From NCBI GenBank assembly GCA_002841945.1, contig PHBI01000014.1, positions 5,606 to 69,605 of the forward strand: a stretch of DNA of 64,000 bases. The letters run 5' to 3'. The position numbers were made by a program, and so were the translations under genes. Shown here piece after piece: positions 32,428-40,997 of the stretch; the stretch's first letter is position 1, and each line of letters opens with the position of its first letter. Source of the stretch: Deltaproteobacteria bacterium HGW-Deltaproteobacteria-14 (GTDB lineage Bacteria; Myxococcota_A; UBA9042; PHBI01). A model generated the notes under the pieces. It ran no database searches. It was not told where the DNA came from and saw nothing but the letters and a program-made list of their open reading frames with translations.

Positions 32428-35157
32428 ATGCGCAGATTGTCTCACGTCGCCTCCAGCCTGCTCCTCTCGATCGCCGTCGTCGCCTGCGGGTCCGATCCGG
32501 CGCCGGGGAACTCTGACACGTCCAGTGCCGACATCGTCACCGGTGACGACGTCAGCGACACGTCGGCGGACGTCGAGGACGACGCGAGCGACTCGAGCGT
32601 CGCCGACACGGCGATCCCCGTAGACACGGCTGAGCCGGTCGACACGACGCCGAGCACGCCGACCTTCGTCGAGATCGTGTCGCCCCTCGACGGCTCGGCG
32701 GTCCACGAGAGCATCCCCGTCAAGCTCATCGCGGTCGGCCGCGACGAGCTCAGGGTCGACTTCGTGAACGTGAAGGTCAACGACATCACGGTGTTTCGCG
32801 ACACGAAGCTGCCGACCGAGTTCGTGCTCGACACCCGCGACTACGGCCCCGGCCCGATCACCATCGTGGCCTCGGCGCAGCTGGGCTTTCAGCAGGGCAC
32901 GCACCGCATCGTCGTGACCCCCGACAACCCGCCAATCCGCTACCAGGTCGTGACCCCCAAGGAGCGGGTGGTCAAGAACGGCCAGGTCATCAGCATCACG
33001 GCGCAGCTCACCGGCCCGCCCGAGCTCAACGTGACGGCCGACTTCTCGGCGATCGACTCGAACTACACCCCGGGCAGCGAGACCGCCTACCCGATCGGCG
33101 GCGGCACCTACGCCATCTCGTACGTCGTCTCGACCACCAACCAGCGCCGCGACTCGAGCTACGTGATCCCGATCACGGCCTCCGCGGCGGACTGGAACGT
33201 ACTGTACAAGCAGATGACGCTGACGCTGCAGAACGAGCCCTCCAACCCCATCGCCGTGCGCGGCGGGATCTTCGTCGACGCCTCCCTCCCCCAGCCGACC
33301 CCCGGCTGGACCTCGGCCGCGCCGGGCATCACCTCGGGCACGTCCTTCATCGTGACCGGCGGCTCCGCGGCGATGGACGTCGACTTCTCCTCCACCGGCG
33401 ACGCCGCCGAGATCGTCGGCCTCATCGTCGGACTCGAGGGGCACGCCGGCTACTACCAGGTGCCGCTCAACGGCTCGACCGGGACCGAGGCCCTCGGGAT
33501 CTTCCTGCGCGCCTACGCCTCCTACGAGTCGCCCCCGTCGCTGCTGCCCATCCGCGTCGCCATGCGCGACGTCTTCGGCCGCGTCTCCCCCTACGGCGCC
33601 TTCCTCTACAACGTCGCGCCGGTCGGCTCCGGCGACATCCAGGTCAGCGTCAGCTGGGACACCGAGACCGACGTCGATCTCCACGTCATCGACCCGTTCA
33701 ACTGCGAGATCTACTACGGCAACAAGACCGGCTGCTCCTCAGGGGGCGAGCTCGACCTCGACTCGAACGCCGGCTGCGGCATCGACGGCGTGAACAACGA
33801 GAACATCTACTGGCCCCCGGGCGAGGCCCCGATCGGGACCTACACCGTCGGCGTCGACTGGTGGAGCGACTGCGACAACCAGCCCGCCAACTACGTCGTC
33901 ACCATCAACGTCTGCGGGCGCGTCGAGACCTACGAGGGGCACTTCGACGCCGGCACCAGCGACGGCGGCGGCCAGGGCTTCACCCACCTCATCACGACGT
34001 TCTCGAACGCGGTCTGCCAGTCGACCGTGCGCGGGCGCGTCCGCTACGAGGACCGGACCTTCGACCGCGACGGCTTCGGGGCGCGCGCCTGGAGCCCGGT
34101 GCGGAACTCGCTCATCGAGCTGCGGCGCCTGTCCAACGGCGAGGTGCTCGGCACCGCGGCGACCGACCGCAACGGCAACTATGAGGTCCAGTTCACCAAC
34201 GACGGCCCGCCGGGCCTGGTCATCGTGGTCCGCTCCCAGACCGACGCCGACGAGGGGCTGCGCGACATCCAGGTGCAGAACCACCCGAAGTTCAAGAAGA
34301 TCTACGAGGTCTCGAGCCCGCCGATCGTCTTCGATCCCGGCCAGGAGGTGGTCGTTCAGGACATCGACATCACCGTCGACCTGAACGCCGGCGCCTTCAA
34401 CGTCTTCGACGTGCTGCAGCGCGGCTACGACCTCGTGCGCCGCATGACCGGCGAGGACCTCGGCGGGCTCATCGCCTTCTGGGCGACCGGGACCGACACG
34501 ACCGACACCTTCTACTGCTCGAAGCTCCTCTACGACGAGGGCGTCTGCACCGACCTCAGCACCGTCAGCGTGCAGGGCAAGGAGAGCGACCGCGACGAGT
34601 ACGACGACATGGTGATCCTGCGCGAGCTCTTCCGCTTCGCCGTCGATCGCCTCAGCGTCCACGACCACCCGGGCGGCGAGGTCGACGGGACCCGCGACAT
34701 CCCGGCGCGCGCGTGGATGGAGGGGCTCGCGACCTTCTTCGCCGACGACGTGCTGTCGACCCGGTTCTTCGTCGACAGCCGCCCGTACGGGGTCTACCTC
34801 GTCAGCGATCTCGAGGGCGCCGAGAACCCGTTCGCCTTCGGCACCTCCGACGAGACGATGGCCGGGGACGTGTCGCCGCTGCTCGTCTCCGCGGTCCTCT
34901 GGGACCTGGCAGACGGACCCGACAGCGAGGTCTTCGACAACGTCACGCGCCTGCAGAACGGCATCTACGACACCATCTTCCACTACTTCACCTCCGAAAA
35001 GTACGTCGACCGCGGCGCGCCGGGGGTGGATCTGGTGGACTTCCTCGATGGGTGGTTCTGTCGCGGCTGGGCCAACCGGGTCCAGATCGAGGCGATCCTC
35101 GCCGCTCGCGGCTTCGCCTACGACTTCGGCGGCCCGACGGGCTGTGATCAGCAGTAA
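32428..35157 (+). CDS. 909-aa lipoprotein: DT stalk, Ig-like modules, YfaP/DUF2135-like domain, metalloprotease-like C-terminal domain lacking zinc ligands
   Basis: Lipobox VVAC-GSD; DIQVSVSWDTETDVDLHVIDP..EIYY..GELDLD..NENIYW; DRDEYDDMVILRELFRF..AWMEGLATFF. Confidence 0.85.
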   Translation: MRRLSHVASSLLLSIAVVACGSDPAPGNSDTSSADIVTGDDVSDTSADVEDDASDSSVADTAIPVDTAEPVDTTPSTPTFVEIVSPLDGSAVHESIPVKLIAVGRDELRVDFVNVKVNDITVFRDTKLPTEFVLDTRDYGPGPITIVASAQLGFQQGTHRIVVTPDNPPIRYQVVTPKERVVKNGQVISITAQLTGPPELNVTADFSAIDSNYTPGSETAYPIGGGTYAISYVVSTTNQRRDSSYVIPITASAADWNVLYKQMTLTLQNEPSNPIAVRGGIFVDASLPQPTPGWTSAAPGITSGTSFIVTGGSAAMDVDFSSTGDAAEIVGLIVGLEGHAGYYQVPLNGSTGTEALGIFLRAYASYESPPSLLPIRVAMRDVFGRVSPYGAFLYNVAPVGSGDIQVSVSWDTETDVDLHVIDPFNCEIYYGNKTGCSSGGELDLDSNAGCGIDGVNNENIYWPPGEAPIGTYTVGVDWWSDCDNQPANYVVTINVCGRVETYEGHFDAGTSDGGGQGFTHLITTFSNAVCQSTVRGRVRYEDRTFDRDGFGARAWSPVRNSLIELRRLSNGEVLGTAATDRNGNYEVQFTNDGPPGLVIVVRSQTDADEGLRDIQVQNHPKFKKIYEVSSPPIVFDPGQEVVVQDIDITVDLNAGAFNVFDVLQRGYDLVRRMTGEDLGGLIAFWATGTDTTDTFYCSKLLYDEGVCTDLSTVSVQGKESDRDEYDDMVILRELFRFAVDRLSVHDHPGGEVDGTRDIPARAWMEGLATFFADDVLSTRFFVDSRPYGVYLVSDLEGAENPFAFGTSDETMAGDVSPLLVSAVLWDLADGPDSEVFDNVTRLQNGIYDTIFHYFTSEKYVDRGAPGVDLVDFLDGWFCRGWANRVQIEAILAARGFAYDFGGPTGCDQQ

Positions 35158-35168
35158 GGAGGGTTGCG

Positions 35169-38100
35169 ATGCGTACGCTGAAAGCCACACTGCGTCAGCT
35201 CGAGGGTTCCGCCCGCTGGCTCGCGATCCCGCTCGCCGCCCTGGCGCTGACCGGCTTGTCCGCGGGCTGCGAGTCGACCACCGGCGGTGACGCCGACACG
35301 GTCGAGCCGACCGACACCGTCGAGCCCGCCGACACGTCCGATGTCTCGCTCGACACGGCCGAGGTCCGGACGGTGATCTGCGAGGTGGACGCCGACTGCG
35401 TGCCCCTCGTGACGGTCGCGACCTGCCAGCACGCGGTCTGCAACGCCAACGGCACCTGCAGCGCCGCGCCGATGGACAACGGCAGCGCGTGCGACGACCA
35501 GAACCCGTGCACCGACGGAGACACGTGCCAGGAGGGCGTGTGCGCGCCGGGCGGGCCGCTCGCGTGCGACGACGACAACCTCTGCACCGACGACGCGTGC
35601 GACCCGCTGCGCGGCGGGTGCGTACACGCGGACAACGCCGCCGACTGCGACGACGGGAGCCTGTGCACCGAGAACGACCGCTGCTTCGACGGGACCTGCC
35701 AGGGCGAGTACCTCGACTGCGACGACTTCAACCCGTGTACCGACGACCTGTGCGACGACGAGCTCGGCTGCCAGAGCGTCAACAACGACAACCCCTGCCT
35801 CGACGGCGACGCCTGCACCACCGACGACCACTGTGACGACGGCGTCTGCGTGGGGACCCACATCGAGGGCTGCGGCTCGCCGGTGTGTGGCGACGGCGCC
35901 TGCGAGGAGGGCGAGGACTGCCACACCTGCGAGGCGGACTGCCCGACCTGCTGCCCCTCGGGGCAGGTGGCGAACTGCAACGGCGGCTGCACGACGGCGG
36001 GCTGGATCGACGACGGCTACTGCGACAGCGTGCTGAACTGCGCGGCGACGCAGTGGGACGGCGGCGACTGTACGCCGACCTGCGGGTTCGAGGGCATCGA
36101 GGACTGCAACGGCGGCTGCGCGACCCCCGAGCAGCAGGGCGACAGCGAGTGCAACGACGGGACCGGCGACGGCCCCGACCTGAACTGCGCGGAGTTCGAG
36201 TTCGACGGCGGGGACTGCGCCCCGTGCCCCGACGGCGAGGTCGCCGCGTGCGGCGGCGGCTGCGTGTCGGCGGCGATGATCGGCGACGGGACGTGCGACG
36301 CGCAGCTCGACTGCGCCAAGAACGACAACGACTCCGGCGACTGCTGCCCGAGCGGGCAGGTCGGCAACTGCAACGGCGGCTGCACGACGGCGGGCTGGAT
36401 CGACGACGGCTACTGCGACAGCGTGCTGAACTGCGCCGCGACCGGGTGGGACGGCGGCGACTGCGAGCCGACCTGCGCGAGCGACGAGGCGGAGGACTGC
36501 GCCGGGAACTGCGCGGCGACGGCGCTGCAGGGGGACGGCGAGTGCCAGGACGGGACCGGCGGCGAGCCGGACCTGAACTGCGCGAACTTCGACTACGACG
36601 GTGGCGACTGCGGGACGTGCCCCGAGGGCCAGGTGTCGGGGTGCCTGGGCGGCTGCGTGGACGCGGCGCTCATCGGCAACGGCACGTGTGACGTCGCCAC
36701 CAACTGCGTCAAGAACAGCAACGACGGCGGCGACTGCTGCCCGGTCGGCAAGATCGCCAACTGCAACGGGACGTGCACGACGGCGACCTGGCTCGGTGAC
36801 GGCGGCTGCGACTCGTCGCTGAACTGCGTCGCGCTCGGGTTCGACGACGGCGACTGCACGACCTGTGGCGCGGGCGGGGTGAACGACTGCAACGGCGCGT
36901 GCCGCGACCTGACGCGTCAGGGCGACGGGCACTGCGACGATGGCACCGACGGCATCGACTTCAACTGCGCCGAGGCGGGCTACGACGACGGCGACTGCGC
37001 GATCTGCGAGGTTGGCGAGGTCCCGGCCTGCGGCGGCGGGTGTGCCCCCGACACGATCGGCGACGGCGTGTGTGACGACGCGATGGCGTGCGATAAGAAC
37101 GACAACGACAGCGGCGACTGCTGCCCGAGCGGGCAGGTCGCGAACTGCAACGGCGGCTGCACCACGGCCGGCTGGGTGGGTGACAACTACTGCGACAGCG
37201 CGCTCAACTGCATCGCCACCGGGTTTGACGACGGGGACTGCCTCGACTGTACGGCGACGCAGACCTTCGACTGCAACGGCGGCTGTATCGACCCCGCCCG
37301 GCTCGGCGACGGGACCTGTGACGACGCGACCGGGGCGGACCTGAGCTGCGCCTACTACAACCTCGACAATGGCGACTGCACGCCGTGCCCCGACGGGCAG
37401 GTGTCGTCGTGCCTCGGCGGGTGCGTGGACGCCTCGCGCCTCGCTGACGGGGCGTGTGACCCGGAGCTCGACTGCGCGAAGAACGGCAACGACAACGGCG
37501 ACTGCTGCCCGGCCGGGAAGATCCCCAACTGCAATGGCAGCTGCACCACGGCGTCGTGGGCCGGCGACGGCAGCTGTGACAGCGTCCTCAACTGCGTCAT
37601 CGGCGGGTTCGACGGCGGCGACTGCACCACCTGCGGCGCGGGCGGCGTCAACGACTGCAACGGGGCGTGTCGCGACGCGATGCTGGTCGGGGACGGGATC
37701 TGTCAGGAGGGCGCCGACGGCGGGGCGGACTTCAACTGCGCCGATCACGCGCTCGACGGCGGCGACTGCGCGGCTTGCGACGGGACCGACATCCCGGCGT
37801 GCGGCGGTGGCTGCGCGGCGGACACCATCGGCGACGGCACCTGCGACGACGCCATGTACTGCGGCAAGAACGACGACGACGGCGGCGACTGCTGCCCGTC
37901 GGGGCAGGTCCGCAACTGCACCGGCGGGTGCACCACGGCGGGGTGGGTGTCGGACGGCTACTGCGACAGCGTGCTGAACTGCCTCGCGACGGCGTTCGAC
38001 GGTGGCGACTGCGTCGACTGCACCGCGGCCGAGACCTTCGACTGCAACGGCGCGTGCATCGACCCCGCGAACCTCGGGGACGGCAACTGCGACGATGGGT

Positions 38101-38792
38101 CGGCGGGTCCGGACCTGGCGTGCGACTACTACGAGGGGGACCAGGGCGACTGCGCGCCGTGCCCCGAGGGCGAGATCGCGGCGTGTGGCGGCGGGTGCGT
38201 CCCGGCGAGCCACGTCGGCAACCACGTCTGCGAGGTCGAGCTCGACTGCCCGAAGAACAGCAACGACGGCGGGGACTGCTGCCCCGACGGCAAGATCCCG
38301 AACTGCAACGGCGGCTGCACGACGGCGTCGTGGCTCGGCGATGACGACTGCGACAGCGCGTTGAACTGCATCGCGACCGGCTACGACGGCGGGGACTGCG
38401 TCGACTGCGGCGCGGACCAGACCTTCGACTGCCAGAACAACTGCGTGGACCCGGCGCGGCTCGGCGACGCGACGTGCGACGACGGCTCGGGGGACGTCGA
38501 CTTCAAGTGCGACTACTTCGCCTGGGACGACGGTGACTGCGAGCCGTGCTCCCATGACGGGCTGGCGGCGTGTGACGGGACCTGCGTGGATCCGGGGCTG
38601 CTCGGCGACGGCACCTGCGACGAGATATTGCACTGCGGCAAATGGAATGATCCCGACTGCTGCCCGGCGGGTCAGATCACCAACTGCAACGGCGGCTGCA
38701 CCAACGCCGACTGGATCGACGACAACTACTGCGACAGCTCGCTGAACTGCGAGGCGACGAACTGGGACGGCGGCGACTGCACCCCGCCGTAG
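35169..38792 (+). CDS. 1207-aa Cys-rich lipoprotein with CTDC-type repeats and 22 LNR/Notch-like repeats
   Basis: AAGGAGG RBS 11 bp after the previous stop; lipobox SAGC; repeated GWIDDGYCDSVLNC..WDGGDC units. Confidence 0.9.
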   Translation: MRTLKATLRQLEGSARWLAIPLAALALTGLSAGCESTTGGDADTVEPTDTVEPADTSDVSLDTAEVRTVICEVDADCVPLVTVATCQHAVCNANGTCSAAPMDNGSACDDQNPCTDGDTCQEGVCAPGGPLACDDDNLCTDDACDPLRGGCVHADNAADCDDGSLCTENDRCFDGTCQGEYLDCDDFNPCTDDLCDDELGCQSVNNDNPCLDGDACTTDDHCDDGVCVGTHIEGCGSPVCGDGACEEGEDCHTCEADCPTCCPSGQVANCNGGCTTAGWIDDGYCDSVLNCAATQWDGGDCTPTCGFEGIEDCNGGCATPEQQGDSECNDGTGDGPDLNCAEFEFDGGDCAPCPDGEVAACGGGCVSAAMIGDGTCDAQLDCAKNDNDSGDCCPSGQVGNCNGGCTTAGWIDDGYCDSVLNCAATGWDGGDCEPTCASDEAEDCAGNCAATALQGDGECQDGTGGEPDLNCANFDYDGGDCGTCPEGQVSGCLGGCVDAALIGNGTCDVATNCVKNSNDGGDCCPVGKIANCNGTCTTATWLGDGGCDSSLNCVALGFDDGDCTTCGAGGVNDCNGACRDLTRQGDGHCDDGTDGIDFNCAEAGYDDGDCAICEVGEVPACGGGCAPDTIGDGVCDDAMACDKNDNDSGDCCPSGQVANCNGGCTTAGWVGDNYCDSALNCIATGFDDGDCLDCTATQTFDCNGGCIDPARLGDGTCDDATGADLSCAYYNLDNGDCTPCPDGQVSSCLGGCVDASRLADGACDPELDCAKNGNDNGDCCPAGKIPNCNGSCTTASWAGDGSCDSVLNCVIGGFDGGDCTTCGAGGVNDCNGACRDAMLVGDGICQEGADGGADFNCADHALDGGDCAACDGTDIPACGGGCAADTIGDGTCDDAMYCGKNDDDGGDCCPSGQVRNCTGGCTTAGWVSDGYCDSVLNCLATAFDGGDCVDCTAAETFDCNGACIDPANLGDGNCDDGSAGPDLACDYYEGDQGDCAPCPEGEIAACGGGCVPASHVGNHVCEVELDCPKNSNDGGDCCPDGKIPNCNGGCTTASWLGDDDCDSALNCIATGYDGGDCVDCGADQTFDCQNNCVDPARLGDATCDDGSGDVDFKCDYFAWDDGDCEPCSHDGLAACDGTCVDPGLLGDGTCDEILHCGKWNDPDCCPAGQITNCNGGCTNADWIDDNYCDSSLNCEATNWDGGDCTPP

Positions 38793-38823
38793 CGGCTGCG
38801 CTGCATTGCAGCATCGAGTGAAC

Positions 38824-38851
38824 AGGGGGCGCTCTTCGGGCGCCCCCTTTT
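38824..38851 (+). terminator. Intrinsic terminator
   Basis: AGGGGGCGC stem, cUUCGg loop, GCGCCCCCT then TTT; 31 bp after the 38792 stop. Confidence 0.85.
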
Positions 38852-39045
38852 CGTTGCGGAGCGGTGCGCCGGGCTCGGCTGCCGCAGATCCAGGCGGCGA
38901 CCGCCGTGGGCGCGTCGTCGAGGACGCCGTCGCGCGCACGGCGTCAGCGCGCTCGTCGAGGCTCGGCCCCGGCGCAGGGGGGGCCGCTCGGAATCCACCT
39001 CCCGCGTAATGGACGCGAGGCGCCCGAGGGGATAGCCCCGCGCGG

Positions 39046-39540
39046 CTATGGCGCTGGGGGCAGGTCCTCGACCAGCGGGCGGAGGTGGCGGGCGTAGTCG
39101 ATCCAGGTCCCGAGGGTGTCCTCGGTGGGCAGGCGGTAGCGCAGCGACGTCCCGGCGGTGGCCGCCTGGAGGCGGGTCAGGAGCTCCTCCGGCGCGGCGT
39201 GGGCGAGGTCGCTCGTCGTCCGGACGCCGGCCTGCTGGAAGGCCTCGACCATGCTCGGCCCGACGCCGTCGACGCGCAGCAGATCGCACTGGGTCGCCAG
39301 GGTCCCGAGGCGCTCGTAGGCGAGCCCCGTCGTCTCCGCGAGCCACGCGCGCCGGCGCTTGCTGGCCGTCCAGCTCAGCAGCTCGCGGGTGTCGTTGATG
39401 CCCGCCCGGGTCAGCACCCGCTGCTCGGCCCGCGTCACCAGCTCGATGCGGCTGAAGCGGTAGTGCGACGCGTGGCCGTCGCCCGTCGTGATGAGCGCCA
39501 GGATGAGCACGAGCGGAGCGAGGGCGAGTCGGTGAACCAT
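39046..39540 (-). CDS. DUF4332-like helix-hairpin-helix protein with signal peptide
   Basis: CDLLRVDGVGPSMVEAFQQAGVRTTSDLA..PEEL..LP..WI..A; hydrophobic N-terminus ending GHA. Alternative ATG at 39549. Confidence 0.8.
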   Translation of the reverse strand: MVHRLALAPLVLILALITTGDGHASHYRFSRIELVTRAEQRVLTRAGINDTRELLSWTASKRRRAWLAETTGLAYERLGTLATQCDLLRVDGVGPSMVEAFQQAGVRTTSDLAHAAPEELLTRLQAATAGTSLRYRLPTEDTLGTWIDYARHLRPLVEDLPPAP

Positions 39541-39571
39541 GCGGCCCATGACGCCCCGTAACCGGCCGTAT

Positions 39572-39943
39572 TCACCGCCTCTTGCGGGGGTTCCGGGCGC
39601 CCGGGGCTTTGGGGGGCAGGGCCGTGCATGCGTCCACGCAGGCGGCGATCCAGCGCCCCAGCGCGTCGTCCTCGGCCACGCCGTTTGGGCCGACGAAGAG
39701 CATCCCGGGGCTCGGCCGCCCGGTGAAGTCCATCTCGCGGGCGTGGGGCTCGCCGAGCCAGCGCGCGTGGTTGGCCTTGCCGACCCGCGCCATCAGGTCC
39801 TCCCGCAGGATGCCGCAGCACATGTTGCCGCGGATCATGAAGGCCAAGCCCCCAAACATCTTCTTCTCGACGACCTCGCCCAGGTCGTCGCGGTCCGAGA
39901 GCACCTCGCGGACGCGCTGCGCCAGCCCCTCGTCGAACGCCAT
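39572..39943 (-). CDS. TfoX/Sxy N-terminal-domain protein
   Basis: MAFDEGLAQRVRE..EKKMFGGLAFM..GNMCCG..MDFTGRP..W. Confidence 0.88.
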   Translation of the reverse strand: MAFDEGLAQRVREVLSDRDDLGEVVEKKMFGGLAFMIRGNMCCGILREDLMARVGKANHARWLGEPHAREMDFTGRPSPGMLFVGPNGVAEDDALGRWIAACVDACTALPPKAPGARNPRKRR

Positions 39944-40038
39944 CCGCCCGCCTCCCGCGCTTCGCCGCTCGGCCGCTCCTCGCGTGCGGTGGCCACGATA
40001 TGCTATCCTCCTCAAAGCCCACCACCACCGGAGCGCCC

Positions 40039-40509
40039 ATGCAACCGATCCGCAAGCTCATCGGAGACTTGCTCTCCCTCGACGTCCCTGCACCGCAGGT
40101 CGCGGTCGGGGCTACAGTCAGCGAGGCGATCGCGGCCATGCGCGCGCACCCCGTTCACTCCGTCGTCGTGACCGACGAGGGCGCCGTCGTCGGCATCTTC
40201 ACCGAGCGTGACCTCCTCACGCGCGTCTGTGCCCGCGACCTCGACCCCGCCACCACCCCGATCGCCGAGGTCATGACCCCCGACCCGGTCACCCTCCCCG
40301 AGAGCGCCTGCATCACCTACGCCATCCACCACATGGGGCTCGGCGGCCTCTCCAACGTCCCGATCATCGACGACGACGGCAAGCTCGTCGCCCTCGTCGG
40401 GGTCGAGGAGGTCGTGCGCCACCTCGACGAGGTCTTCGCCGATCTCCACGCGGCGTCCTTCGTCGCAGACAAAGACTCGCCCTGGGTCGATCTCGGAGGA
40501 GGTGCCTGA
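40039..40509 (+). CDS. CBS-pair (Bateman) protein
   Basis: VGIFTERDLL..PIAEVMTPDP..VPIIDDDGKL. Confidence 0.9.
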   Translation: MQPIRKLIGDLLSLDVPAPQVAVGATVSEAIAAMRAHPVHSVVVTDEGAVVGIFTERDLLTRVCARDLDPATTPIAEVMTPDPVTLPESACITYAIHHMGLGGLSNVPIIDDDGKLVALVGVEEVVRHLDEVFADLHAASFVADKDSPWVDLGGGA

Positions 40510-40976
40510 TGTCGCTCGATCTGCTCGCCAACGCCCGCGTCTCTGAGATCCCTCGCCGCCAGCCCGTCCTCGTGGCTCCTGACACCCTGACCGGCGAGGT
40601 CGTCCGCCGCGTCGCCACCGCCGGCCGCGCTCACGCCATCGTCGTCGACCCGGCCGGGCTGCCGCTCGGGATCTTCACCCAGCGCGACCTCGTCACCCGC
40701 ATCGATCACAGCGACGCGAGCTGGAAGAGCCTGCCCATCTCGACGCTGATGACCCGGGAGCTGGTCACCGTCACCGAGGACATGAGCCTCACCGACTGCT
40801 TGGCGCTCCTCCACAAGCACCACGTCCGGACCCTCCCGGTCACCGCCGGCGGTCGGGCGGTCGGCGTCGTGTCGATCCGCGACATCCTCCACCACGCCGC
40901 CGACGCCTTCCCGGCCGAGTTCCAGAACCTCCCGCCGGACCCGAGCCTCGAGGCGCAGCACCCCTGGGGCGGCTGA
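40509..40976 (+). CDS. CBS-pair (Bateman) protein, second copy
   Basis: GIFTQRDL..LMTRELVTV..GVVSIRDIL; ATG overlaps the upstream TGA. Confidence 0.9.
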   Translation: MSLDLLANARVSEIPRRQPVLVAPDTLTGEVVRRVATAGRAHAIVVDPAGLPLGIFTQRDLVTRIDHSDASWKSLPISTLMTRELVTVTEDMSLTDCLALLHKHHVRTLPVTAGGRAVGVVSIRDILHHAADAFPAEFQNLPPDPSLEAQHPWGG

Positions 40977-40997
40977 CCGGGGGCGACCCGGCGGCGG

